A stretch of 64,000 bases of DNA, from contig NC_057760.1 of NCBI RefSeq assembly GCF_004010195.1, forward strand, positions 4,128,104 through 4,192,103, in the 5' to 3' direction. Below are positions 10,641 through 22,775 of the stretch, one piece after another. The position numbers and the translations under genes were made by a program. A model generated the notes under the pieces. The model was given only the letters and a program-made list of their open reading frames with translations, searched no databases and was not told the DNA's origin. The DNA is from Chiloscyllium plagiosum (lineage: Eukaryota). Position 1 is the first letter of the stretch; each line of letters starts with the position of its first letter.

Positions 10641-11523
10641 TTACTTACATAATGTAACAATTAAATAAAATGGATGCATCAGTCCATCCTTTACCTCCTC
10701 TCTGAATTTTGTCTGGGTCAATGTTTGTACGAGAACTCAGAAGTCACAACATTAATCAAATTTCTTGAAACACAACTAGTGGATCACTAAATGTGTTGTC
10801 TTCATAATTATAACTTACATCCTGTCGATATAAAGAACGTGCTACATACGTCATCCACAATGCTATAAAATTAGCAAAATGAGCAGCAAAATTATGGATT
10901 TTCTTGGTTTTACAATTTCTGGATCAATTCTATTCGTTCCATTCTCATAATCCCAGAGACACTGGCAGACTCAATTGACTCCAAGTATATTTCTGACAGT
11001 GGGAACATTGAACACTACAATCAATATAAATGGAAGCAAAGTTCTAATAATACTATCAAAACACTCATACGCTGTCCAGAAGATTGTGCTATAATATTAT
11101 GATACTATGATGCAAAACCATACACATTATCAATAATAAAGGAAGGGATAAATGCAAAGTACCAGTGAATTGAGCATAAAAAATAACGGCACTCAGTTAT
11201 TATAACCACAATCGCCGTTCTCTTGCTGCAACATCTTGATGTTAATTTCTGGCAACAAATTGGTGTAAACCGGTTGAATGTGAAAGCGACTGTGAACCAA
11301 ACAGAATGGTCCAGGGCTGCGGGAAACAGAGCAAATCTGCGTGCACATACAGGAGTGATGAACAAGAATGTAACTGGGAAATGAATATTATTAATTCAGG
11401 TCAGTAAGACACTGAAAATGACAAAAATCAGATCTGCTGCTGGCATCGCCAAAAAGTAGCAAGCGATACATTTTGAGAGGCCACAATTTCCTTGATTCAG
11501 GATTACAAACGCCAATATGTTAA
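10641..11523 (-). pseudogene. GPR139-like GPCR pseudogene (main exon)
   Basis: Acceptor TTTCTTTCAG|TT AAC. Reads VNILAFVILNQGNCGLSKCIACYFLAMPAADL...LLT*...SVWFTVAFTFNRF...; after frameshifts LLPFILIVVFNVPTVRNI, DPEIVKPRKSII, LWMTY and TQTKFREEVK...LCK*. Premature TGA at 11398-11396 plus further stops and frameshifts. Colinear with the gene at 17358-18235. Exon 1 not found. Confidence 0.92.
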
Positions 11524-13348
11524 CTGAAAGAAAAATCATGAAAAATCACCATCTCTATTCGGATGCAGGCACAAAAAGAAACATCAACTTAACATAATTA
11601 TAAAATCACAGCAATTGCCACAGATCAATTTCAAACATGCTATTGAGGTAAATAGTCCAAACCTATCATGAAATTAACAACTAAAGTAAAGAAAACAAAA
11701 TAAATATCAATGCAGAACCAGCCAACAAATAGAATAAGGGAGGTGAATAACGTACATAATGGTTTTTGTTTGGGATCCTAAAGGGGGAGGGGAGCAGCCC
11801 CAAGTCGTGGTCCACATAGGCACCAACGACATAGGTAGGAAGAGAGATGGGGATTTAAGGCATAAATTCAGGGAGCTAGGATGGAAGCTCAGAGCTAGGA
11901 CAAACAGCGTTGTTGTCTCTGGTTTGTTGCACGTGCCACGTGCTAGTGAGGCAAGGAATTGGGAGAGAGAGGAGTTGAACACGTGGCTACAGGGATGGTG
12001 CAGGAGGGAGGGTTTTGGATTCTTGGATAATTGGGGCTCTTTCTGGGGTAGGTGGGACCTCTACAAGCAGGATGGTCTTCATCTGAACCAGAGAGGTACC
12101 AATATCCTGGGGGGGAAATTCGGGAAGGCTATTGGGGTGGGTTTAAACTAATCCAGGAGGGGGATAGGAACCAAAATTGTAGTTCAAGTATAGAAAAGAT
12201 TGAGAATAGGGAGGTCCAAAATCAAGTTTCAGGGACGCAAGATGGCACCAGCAAGCAAGAAATTGGTTTGAAGTGTGTCTACTTCAACACCAGGAGCATC
12301 TGGAATAAGGTGGGTGAACTTGCAGCATGGGTTGGTACCTGGGACTTCGATGTTGTGGCCATTTCAGAGACATGGTTAGAGTAGAGACAGGAATGGTTGT
12401 TGCAGGTTCCAGGATTTAGATGTTTCAGTAAGAACAGAGAAGATGGTAAAAGAGGGGAGGTGTGGCATTGTTGTTCAAGGACAGTACTACAGTTGCAGAA
12501 AGGATGTTTGGGGACTTGTCAACTGAGGTAGTATGGGCTGAGGTTAGAAACAGGAAAGGAGAGGTCACCCTGTTGGGAGTTTTCTATAGGCCTCCGAATA
12601 GTTCCAGAGGTGTAGAAGAAAGGATAGCAAAGATGATTCTCGATAGGAGTGAGAGAGACAGGGTAGTTGTCATGGGGGACTTCAACTTTCCAAATATTGA
12701 CTGGGAACACTATATACGAGTACTATAGATGGGTCAGTTTTCGTCCAGTATGTGCAGGAGGGCTTCCTGACACAGTATGTGGACAGGCCAACAAGGGGCG
12801 AAGCCACATTAGATTTGGTACTGGATAATGAGTCCGGCCAGGTGTTAGAGTTGGATGTAGGTGAGCACTTTGGTGATAGCGATCACTATTCTGTTATGTT
12901 TACTTTAGTGATAGAAAGGGATAGGTGTATACCACTGGGCAAGAGTTACAACTTGGGGAAAGGCAATTATGAAGTGATTATGCAAGACTTAGGAAGGGGA
13001 AGGAAACTCCAGGGGATAGGCACATTAGATATGTGGAGCTTATTCAAGGAAAAGCTACTGTGTGCTCTAGATAAGTATATACCTGTCAGGCAGGGAGGAA
13101 GCTGTAGAGCACGGGAGCCGTGATTTACGAAGGAAGTGGAATCTCTAGTCAAGAGGAAGAAGAAGGCTTATGTTAGGATAAGATGTGAAGGCTCAGTTAG
13201 GGCGCTTGAGGGTTACAAGGTAGCCGGAAAGACCTAAAGATAGAGCTCAGTAGAGCCAGGAGGAGACATGAGAAGTTGTTGGCGGATAGGATCAGGGTTA
13301 AACCCTAAGGCTTTCTATAGGTATTTAAGGAATAAAAGAATGACAAGA

Positions 13349-13558
13349 CAGGAAATGACATCACCACAAACCCCAGGAACCCCATCCAGGAGAAAGATAT
13401 AACAGAAAGCAGGAGACAACAGCTTTACTTCACTTGGAGATCGCCACTGATGATGTTACCTAGCCAGGTAATGAAATGTCTGGATATCAAACCTACAGCT
13501 CAGCGAGCAAACCTACACCCTAAACCTCAACTTGAGCTACAAACCTTCACAAACCTTG
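13349..13558 (+). mobile_element. Isolated PLE 3' terminal fragment (210 bp) with 12-bp TSD, inside CR1 ORF2
   Basis: AGAATGACAAGA at 13337-13348 and 13559-13570. The insert is homologous to 63570-63805, which lies downstream of a GIY-YIG ORF. Confidence 0.9.
13444..13483 (+). ncRNA. Minimal hammerhead ribozyme motif (second PLE family)
   Basis: CCA-CTGATGA-T-GTTACC-TAGCCA-GGTAAT-GAAA-TGTC-TGG: stem I CCA/TGG, 6-bp stem II, intact catalytic core, GUC cleavage triplet. Confidence 0.78.
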
Positions 13559-15305
13559 AGAATGACAAGAGTAAGATTAGGGCCAATCAAGGATAGTAGT
13601 GGGAAGTTGTGTGTTGAGTCAGAGGAGATAGGGGAAGCACTAAATGAATATTTTTCAACAGTATTCACTCTAGAAAATGACAATGTTGTCGAGGAGATTA
13701 CTGAGATACAGGCTACTAGACTAGGTGTGATTGAGGTATTAGAAATCCTGCATAGTGTGAAAATAGATAAGTTTCCTGGGCCGGATAGGATTTTTCCTAG
13801 GATCCTCTGGGAAGCCAGGGAGGAGATTGCCGAGCCTTTGGCATTGATCTTTAAATCATCATTGTCTACAGGAATAGTGCCAGAAGACTGGAGGATAGCA
13901 AATGTGGTTCCCCTGTTCAAGAAGGGGAGTAGAGACAATCCTGTTAATTATAGACCAGTGAGCCTTACTTCAGTTGTTGGTAAAGTGTTGGAAAAGGTTA
14001 TAAGAGATAGGATTTATAATCATCTAGAAAAGAATAATTTGATTAGGGATAGTCAGCACGGTTTTGTGAAGTGTAGTTCGTGCCTCACAATCCTTATTGA
14101 ATTCTTTGAGAAGGTGACCAAACAGGTAGATGAGAGTAAACCGGTTGATGTGGTGCATATGGATTTCAGCAAGGGGTTCGATAAGGTTCCCCACAGTAGG
14201 CTATTGTACAAAATGCGGAAGAATGGGATTGTGGGAGTTATAGCAGTTTGGATCAGTAATTGGCTTGCTGAAAGAAGACAGAGGGTGGTGGTTGATGGGA
14301 AATGTTCATCCTGGAGTCCAGTTACCAGTAGTGTACCCCAAGGGTTGGTTTGGGTCCACTGCTGTTGGTCATTTTTATAAACGACCTGGATGAGTGCATA
14401 GAAGGGTGGGTTAGTAAATTTGCAGACGACACTAAGGTCGGTGGAGTTGCGGATAGTGATGAAGGATGTTGTAGATTACAGAGAGATATAGATAAGCTGC
14501 AGAGCTGGGCTGAGAGGTGGCAAATGGAGTTTAATGCGGACAAGTGTGAAGTGATTCACTTTGGTCGGATTAACCAGAATGCAAAGTACTGGGCTAATGG
14601 TAAGATTCTTGGTAGTGTAGATGAGCAGAGAGATCTCGGTGTCCATGTACACAGATCCTTGAAAGTTGCCACCCAGGTTGACAGGGTTGTTAAGAAAGCA
14701 TACAGTGTTTTAGCTTTTATTAATAGAGGGATCGAGTTCCGGAACCATGAGGTTATGCTACAGCTGTACAAAACTCTGGTACTGCCGCACTTGGAGTATT
14801 GTGTACAGTTCTGGTCACCACATTATAAGAAGGATGTGGAAGCTTTGGAAAGGGTGCAGAGGAGATTTACTAGGATGCAGCCTGGTTTGGAGGGAAGGTC
14901 TTACGAGGAAAGGCTGAGGGATTTGAGGCTGTTTTCATTAGAGAGAAGAAGGTTGAGAGGTGACTTAAAAGAGACATATAAGATAATCAGAGGGTTAGAT
15001 AGGGTGGACAGGGAGAGCCTTTTTCCAAGTATGGTGATGGCGAGCACGAGGGGGCATAGCTTTAAATTGAGGGGTAATAGATATATGAACGATGTCAGAG
15101 GTAGTTTCTTTCCTCAGAGATTAGTAAGGGTATGGAATGCTTTGCTGCAACGGTAGTAGATTCGCCAACTTTTAGTACATTTAAGTCGTCATTGGACAAG
15201 CATATGGACGCACATGGAATAGTGTAGGTTGGATGGGCTTCAGATTGGTATGACAGGTCAGCACAATATCGAGGGCTGAAGGGCCTGTACTGCGCTGTAA
15301 TGTTC

Positions 15306-15926
15306 TATGAAAGGCTGAGAGACTTGAACCTGTTCTCATTGGCAAGAAGGCGAAAAGGGGATTTGATAGAGACATACAAGATGATCAGAGGATTAGATAG
15401 GGTAGACAGTGAAAGTTTTTTTCCTAGGATGGTGACGTCAGCGTGTACGAGGGGGCATAACTACAAATTGAGGGGTGATAGATTTAGGATAGATGTCAGA
15501 GGCAGGTTCGTTATGCAGAATGGGGTAAGGGCATAGAATGACCTACCTGCTAATGTAGTTAACTCAGCCACATTAGGGAGATTTAAACAATGCTTAGATA
15601 AGCACATGGATGATTTTGGGATAGTTCACAGGTCGGCGCAACATCGAGGGCCGAAGGGCCTGTTCTGTGCTGTACTGTTCTATGTTCTATCTCAGTGAGT
15701 CTCTCTCTATCTCACTGCAACCCCCAGGTCATCTCCACATGGACAAGAATGGAATTGGTTGGATGGGCTTCGGATTGGTTTCACAGGGCGACACAACATC
15801 GAAGGCTGAAGGGCCTGTACTGTGCTTTAATGTTCTATGTTTTATTTAGTTTAGTTTGGGTTATGTTTCACATGGGCTGTTTGGACAGAATGGTCTGTTT
15901 CTGTGCTGTATGACCCTATGACTCTA
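15306..15926 (+). mobile_element. Stack of additional 5'-truncated CR1 3' ends
   Basis: ERLRDLNLFSL...RGHNYKLRGDRF followed by tails ending GGGCCTGTTCTGTGCTGTACTGTTCTATGTTCTAT (~15690), ...GTTCTATGT (~15840) and ...CTATGACTCTA (~15926). Confidence 0.85.
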
Positions 15927-17357
15927 AGTAGGCTTGCAGTACATTTGGGGAGGTGTCAACGAGATTGATAATGTCCTGGTAATTCCAGAGGGATCTTTTC
16001 TTCAAGGGAATGCTGCATTCAAATTCGATCCATCCCCTGATCATTTCCTTGGTCATCTTTGCGGGGTCCACAATTACTCCCAATCGTCTGACTTACTATT
16101 GTTTCTGGAATTCTTACTTACCATTTCATTTGAATTAATGCAATGCAATCTATGACTTTTTTAAAATCATCACACCAGTTGGTAACATTTACAAGAAAGC
16201 AGTACATCAAACACTTCCATATAGAGTTTATCAAATAAGATTTATACCAGTCCAAAAAAAAAAGAAATCGGTGGATGAACATGGAACATTTTGAATACAT
16301 GAATAAAAATTTAAAGTCAATAGGTTGAAGGACAATAAGCCTGTGTTGGTTCCTCCATTACCAGATGATCAGGGAACATTGTGATTTGTTCAGAAACCAA
16401 ACCAGAACAGTGGAACAAATTTGGACAAAAGAAATGTAGTGTCCAGCGATATAGCGGTGGAATACGAGGTTCCAAGGGTACCAATGGAATGAATGACGAA
16501 TTTATCAATTATGAGCTGAAGCAAGGATGGGTTTAGCAGCTGTTTTGTTGAAGGAAACAATAATTCTTGGTGATTATACAAATATCCTTCTGAATTATCT
16601 CAGGCTGCAATATGAGGCCAGAAGCAAACAAGATTCATGCAGAGTCAATTTCTGCTGAGCTTGATGGAGTCAGTGAGAGGCACAAAACAATTTCATGGAA
16701 ACACTGAGGATGTCGGCTCATCTGCAACATTCTACCTCATTCCTGAACTTAAAATCTTGTCTGTTACCATGACCTCTGATGGGCTTAGGATTCCCCCTTC
16801 AACAGAGCAGTTCATTTGTGGAAAGAAACGAGTAAAGAAAGGGAATGATAAAGAAAGGGAATGATGGGGATCTGAGTGGAAACAGCTAAAGTAAACGATT
16901 GCCAAAATGTGTGTCTAATTAAAAGACACAGTATGTGCAGATCAGAAAATTCAGCAAGGAAAGGGGGCAGGAGCCTGTCATTGCTGTTCCCACTCTGGCC
17001 TGCAGTGAACGATTTTCTCCAGGTCATTTATATTTGTATACGGTCACTTCTGAAAATGGTTTGTTTCAGATCATTGTCCTTTTTTAATTGCTTGGGATGA
17101 ATTTTGTTTTCTACAAGTCTAATTCCTCTTTCGGTTACGCTTATGGTTTTCAGCTTTCCACTAACTGTTGCTCATTGCTAACAACTTTCCTCCCACAGTC
17201 ACTTTGATTTCGCTCCCCAGATGGCGTCATTCATTGCCCATCAGAAAAGAAATGTTATGTTACTACTCTACCTATTCCTTTGTACATTCCTCACGTGGAC
17301 TCCTCATTTCATTACCTGCTGCATTTTATGTTGGATCTCAGTAATTGAATTGAACTA

Positions 17358-18235
17358 TCAATTCATCAATCGAATTATTCTTATAACTGGGCACTTTAAA
17401 GCATATTTTAACTGGTCTCGGAAATTTTTCTGCGTCAGCACATAGATAAATGCATTTGTGCAGCAACTTAGGTTCCGCAGCATAAATGCAGCTTGTATAA
17501 AGAGAGAATAAGCAGCGGGATTCAAGGAAACACCAGCATTAAATGAAAACAAAATATACATCAACCAGAGAAGTATGAAGCTGGCAGATATGGCAAAGAG
17601 TAAAGTTACTGATTTCTTTCTGCTCTCTATCTCTGGATCATTCTCTATTTTTCTCTGACCCCTCAGTCCTTTACGCACCTTAATGCCCTCAAAGATGTGC
17701 CTGACAGTCAGAATGTTGATAAAGAGAATCAAAGTGAATGGAAGAAATGGTGTTAAAAACTTTTCAAAATATTTAAAACTTGCCCAACGACGGTCATTAT
17801 AATAAGCATAACTGGTATGACAGTACCATGGAACACTGTTAATGATCATTCCGGATTCAAATCGAAAGTAGCTGGGAATGTTCTTAAAAGAAAAAAATAT
17901 GCAGATTGTTGCTAGAACCTTCATTGCAGTTTTCTCTGTGCAGTAATTAGTTTTCATCTGATGAAAACAAATGGCAACAAATCGATCAAAAGAAAAGGCA
18001 ACAGTGAACCAGACGGATGAATCAATGGTCAATCGGCTCAGTGCGTAGATAACACAACAAACAGGAGTGATGTCCAGGAAACACAATGGATAATAATAAT
18101 ATGGAAATCGGCGAAGTACAGCATAAAAAACAAGGAACAGCAGATCTGACATTGCCATGGCCACCAAATAGTAAGTGCTGCATGTAGAAAGACCACATTT
18201 TCCCCGAGACAAGATTAGAATCACCACTAGACTAA
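17358..18235 (-). CDS. GPR139-like class A GPCR, exon 2 (TM1 second half to C-terminus)
   Basis: Acceptor TTTTTCTCTCTCTCTCTTACAG|TT AGT (phase 1). Open frame with seven hydrophobic segments, AMAMSDL (TM2 D), FSFDRFVAIC (DRY-like), LPF (TM5), LLW (TM6) and SCCTNAFIY (TM7). Stop TAG 17360-17358. Confidence 0.93.
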
Positions 18236-18589
18236 CTGTAAGAGAGAGAGAGAAAAACAAACTTGAAGTTACTGATCAAACATTCTCCGTGCCTGAGCCC
18301 ACATGTAAATAATGGCGAAAAGGTAATTGTTATTCCATGTCATATGATGTTTAAAGAATCTTAACCAGAGCAGCAAACTCTCTCTAAATGAACAATTTGC
18401 ACATTAAAAAGACATAGGGAAGAACATGAGCAGCAGTTGCTGACAAATAAAGTCATTTGCACTTTTTTTGAGGGGGTTGGCAGTAGTTGATTTCACCTGA
18501 TTTATAGGTTGCTTAGAGTGGCTGGAATTTCCAATAAGACGACAACATCCACACAAAGATACCCAGGATTAATAAAACAAAGAAAGTAA

Positions 18590-19280
18590 GATTTGTAACT
18601 CGGGCATTGAGTGAAAAATTTCTTCTTCAGTTTTGGAGCCTCTACAAATCAGATTGCCTCCAAAATTATATATCCATACTATATGAATGATAGTACAGGA
18701 CACTGAATCACTCCATAATATCCAGCAATGGATGACTTCCACAATATGGATGAACAAATGATTGGGCATCGTTTCAGTCTGAACAATGAAAGTATTCAGC
18801 AGTGAATCCAACGACCATGTCCCAAGGTTGGATACCTAGTGCAATCAGAGGAGCTTCGATATTTGGGACAGACTCCTTCCAAATTGTCCAAGACAGTACA
18901 TAACATCCCCCACCCAAATGAAACCTGAAAAGACAGAGCATTGCTCATTGCAACATTCTAGTTTAGAAATCAGACACTTTATCTGGGATTAAACAAAGCT
19001 TCCTGCCTGATGTACATGCTCACACACTCAAGCTCTCTCCTAGCCCCTTTCGTTGTGAACACAGATCCCCCTCCCAGATTTGGAGCACACACTAGGGTGA
19101 TGCATCCCCATAGTTTAACTAACATTCCCCATGGAGATCACAGGAATTGTACCACTGCTTGGCATCAGAAACTAAGAAATGCAAATATAAGTTAATAACC
19201 AGAGTAAAAAATGGCATTCCTGAACAAAAGCAAATGGAAGCACTTTCACATGGACCGTTATTGATCAGGGAACATCAAAC
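18590..19280 (+). mobile_element. Possible highly decayed RTE-like LINE remnant in the GPCR intron
   Basis: Only faint resemblance to RT C-terminal segments (e.g. WHQKLRNANI vs typical WQDRITNxEV). No intact motif. Confidence 0.3.
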
Positions 19281-19934
19281 GATAACAGCAAAGAAGGGCA
19301 GCATGTAAAACGTTCTGTTTGACAAAGTTGTTTGACCCTTTGCGGGAGAGCAGTTGCCACAGTACTCCAGATCTCAGCATTTGTCCTATTAAATTCTGCA
19401 CCATGTTCTGTTCATCTTTTTACAGATGGCACAAATCACATCCATGCTGACTCCATAATGAATGGCTCAGCCCACCCATTGCCCATGTTGTATCTGGAGC
19501 AAGCTTTCTGAGCAAGATCCACCAACAAAATACCTTTAAATGAAGGAATGGAGAAAGTAAAAGGTCTCAGTGAAAACTGGATTGTTACAAAACCTATCAG
19601 AATGCTAGCAGGTTTTTAACTACCACAGTGGTCTTGCTAAATACTTTCCAAGACAAGGCAGGGTTAGTCATCAGCCAAACTTCATCAACGTTACCGAGGT
19701 GCAACGCATTATAGAGAAACTGAACCCAATGTTGAAAAAAAGGCAATGCTCTACATGACTGCAGAGTTTCCTAATTGACAAACTATTCACTTTAAACTCA
19801 GTAAGAGAGGACACAATCGTCTGGCATCAGGTATTTGCCTTTCTAAATGGAAATGAAATCATTATCAATCACAGGTAGAAATAAAGATGATTTCGTGCAA
19901 AGATTTATACAAGTTATGTTGTTATAAGTCTTAC

Positions 19935-20001
19935 CAGGAATACCGACAGTGGCAAGGATGGTATCATACACTTTTTCGATCCTTTCCCTTGGAAGAAGCA
20001 T
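19935..20001 (-). CDS. GPR139-like GPCR, exon 1 (MLLPRERIEKVYDTILATVGIP)
   Basis: ATG at 20001-19999, 22 codons plus G, donor CCTG|GTAAGA. Phase 1 matches exon 2, giving a 314-aa protein with TM1 ...ILATVGIP-VSLVVILIL. The ORF track misses this exon. Confidence 0.88.
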
Positions 20002-20629
20002 TTTGTTGTTTGTGAAACAAACTCTTCCTTCCTTCAGCTGGCAATATGTTGAAATTGGTGAATTCTGTTGAAATTGGAAATGGGTCAGTTACAAAGATTA
20101 TTTTATATTGTGTTGTGTCTCCACTGGGAAACTATGAATCCATCTTCGAATTTTATTTATTTATCTTTTTCAACAAACAGATTACAGCAACAAATTTATT
20201 TTAATGATGTGATATCATTGAAATTTTCATCTGTATTTGAATGCCCCAAAGAGTGAATTAATCTGATCTCATTAGATCTCAAATGTTAATTGGAATTTGC
20301 CTTCAAGCAACCAGACTTAAATACACTTTCAGTCCCACGAATATCTAAACATCTTTTCGGTGATGATCTGCATTTGCAGTGGATATCCAGTCATTTAATA
20401 TCTCATGTTGCAGAGCTCTTTGAAAGCTGTTACACTAGACACTGTTACACCACTACTTTCCTTGTTAATTCAGTTTTATAACTCATATGAAAAAATATAT
20501 TTGTGAATGAGCACTCTACTACAGAACCTGACGCTGATAGTGACCGCACCAACAACTGGAACTTACACTAAATTATATTTTCGTAAAAAAGAATCTAAGT
20601 CACAAACTAGTCAGAATTCTAAAATGACA

Positions 20630-22250
20630 GAATCACATAGTTCTGCCAAAATCACATTGAATCTACATTCGTACTATTTTCCAGCACTTGAGCCATAAAC
20701 CTTGAACATTATGATATTTCAAATGCTTATCCAAGATATTTGTAAAGGTTTTCCATCTCAACAACCATGCTGGACAGTGCATTGCAGGCCCCACCATCCC
20801 CTGGGTGAGAACAGTTTTCCTCATGTCTCCTTTGAAACTTCTGCCTTTTAGCTTAAAATTATGCCACTGTGTTCTAGGCCCTTCGAGAAAGGGGACCAAT
20901 TGCTTTCTATTCACCCTGTCCACGCCACTTATTTTCTTATATACCTTGATCTCTGCTTTAAAGAAAGGAACCAAAGCTTATCTAGTTTCCCACTTCAAAG
21001 CTAAGAAACATTCTGGTGAATCTCCTTTGCACTCCCTCCAATGCAGGCAAAACCTTCATATTGTGCAGTGACCGTGACTGCACACAGTACTCTAAGTGTG
21101 GACTAGACAGTTCCAACAGTACCAATGTACTCTTATGATCTATGCCCTGATTGGTAAAAAACATGTGTCTTACATTCCTTCTTAACTATCTTATTCATCT
21201 GTCCTGCCACCGTCAAGAGGATATTAACTGTCACCTGAAAATCTTTCTGTTTCTTTGGCCTTCCTATGGTCTTACCATTCATTGAGTACTGCCTTGTCTT
21301 GTGACTTCTGCCAAAGTGCATAACCTCACACTTATCATAGCTAAATTTCGACTGCCGCTGATCTGCTCATCTGACCAATATGTCTATTCCTAGCTGTACC
21401 CCAGGACTATTTACCTTACTGCCAACCACCCAATCAATATTTATGTCATCCACAAACTTACACCCTACCCACTCACCACCATCACCAAACACCCCACCAC
21501 CCACTACCACCCCACCCCACCCCCCCCCCGTCGACACATACACACTGGCACTGGCCTCCAATTATAGAAATAGCCTCTGTCTCCTCTGACTGAACCAATT
21601 TTGGAGCAACTTGCCAAGTTACTCTGGATGTCATGTTCTTTTACCTTCACTATCAATCTCCCCATGTGTGATCTTGTCAAAGGCATTACTGAAATCCATT
21701 TAAACTCCAACAATTGCTCCACACTCATCTGCAGAACTTGTTTTCTCCTCGTAAAAAGACACCAGATTTGTTAGGCATGACTTCCCTCTGACGAAGCTGT
21801 GCTGACTATTCATGATCAAACCTTGCCTCTCCAAAAGGAGATAAATTCTGTCCTCTGGAATTTTCTCCAATAGTTTCTGTAATACTGATGGGCACTCATA
21901 GGTCTGTTATCCTGGGTCCATCTCACACACTTTCCTCATTCCTGAAGAAGGGCTTATGCCCGAAACGTCGATTCTCCTGTTCCCTGGATGCTGCCTGACC
22001 TGCTGCGCTGTTCCAGCAACACATTTTCAGCTCCATCTCTGATACCCTACTTGAAAAGGAGAAACACATCAAGGATTCTGCAGTCCTCTAGCACGTCCCC
22101 TCTGGACAGAGACTAATTAAAGGTTTGGACCCTGTGATTTCCTCCCTCATCTCCCTGGATATACCTCCTCTGGTCCTCAGGAATTTTCCACTTTTGAGTT
22201 TGTCAATCCGACAATACCTGCTCATATCATATACATATCTCCTCAATACA
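20630..22250 (-). mobile_element. Old degenerate CR1 LINE
   Basis: Minus-strand PHLEYCVQ...LEGVQRRFTRM, MHFGRS, CKFVDD. Confidence 0.85.
21925..22035 (+). mobile_element. PLE 3'-end fragment with intact hammerhead core
   Basis: CATTC-CTGAAGA(21942-21948)-A-GGGC-TTAT-GCCC-GAAAC-GTC-GATT, followed by the GATGCTGCCTGACCTGCTG tail. Confidence 0.85.
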
Positions 22251-22466
22251 GACTGAGAGTGACGTCATTATTGCTTTGATTTTTCATTGTTCCTTCCCAA
22301 TGCTATTCTCATTCTTACTGCTTTGGGGCAAACTATTTTCCATGAACCCTGGTTTTCAACTACCACTTTTTCAGATAAAGTCATTGCAAAGTCCTTTCAG
22401 CCTAAGTAAAATGCAAATAATCTGGAAGAAATAAGCAAGCCAGCGACGCCAACATTTCATAAATGA

Positions 22467-22775
22467 ATTTAGATTAGATTAGATTATTTACAGTGGGGAA
22501 ACAGGCCCTTTGGCCTAACAAGTCCACACCGACCTGCCGAAGCGCAACCCATCCAAACCCATTCCCCTACGTTTTACCCCTTCACCTAACACTATGGGCA
22601 ATTTAGCATGGCCAATCCACCTAACCTGCACATTTTTGGACTGTGGGAGGAAACCAGAGCACCCGGAGGAAACCCACGCAGACACGGGGAGAATGTGCAA
22701 ACTACACATAGTCAGTCACCTGAGAACCCGGGTCTCTGGTGCTGTGAGGCAACAGTGCTAACCACTGTGCCACCC
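22467..22775 (-). mobile_element. Full-length V-SINE (HE1-like)
   Basis: tRNA-like head GGTGGCACAGTGGTTAGCACTG, V domain, CR1-like 3' tail GGACTTGTTAGGCCAAAGGGCCTGTTTCC and (AATCT)n end. Confidence 0.92.

Larger units (their letters stand above)
11775..15305 (+). mobile_element. Nearly full-length, relatively young CR1 LINE (ORF1 SGNH esterase part, ORF2 APE-RT)
   Basis: VVVHIGTNDIGR...DGLHLN (esterase), ISETWL, FYRPP, VMGDFNFP, GDSDH (APE), NYRPVSLTS, DFSKGFD, FADDTK (RT). The 3' tail ends TGTAATGTTCTATG. Few frameshifts. Confidence 0.96.

Noticed and set aside
13532..15156. Functional reverse transcriptase gene
   Set aside because: CR1 ORF2 is broken by stops, frameshifts and a PLE insertion.
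15930..17350. Exon 1 of the GPCR pseudogene
   Set aside because: I checked minus-strand donor-like sites (~16120, ~16360, ~16765). None is preceded by a ...IGxP-type TM1 coding segment.
18236..18260. Single-exon GPCR starting MFFSLSLT
   Set aside because: This is the splice acceptor tract read through from a TTG. A proper ATG exon in the right phase lies at 20001-19935.
22700..22775. tRNA genes at SINE heads (also ~7560, ~33150, ~41050, ~51290, ~54940)
   Set aside because: The A/B boxes run into the V-SINE body and LINE-like tail, with no complete cloverleaf.
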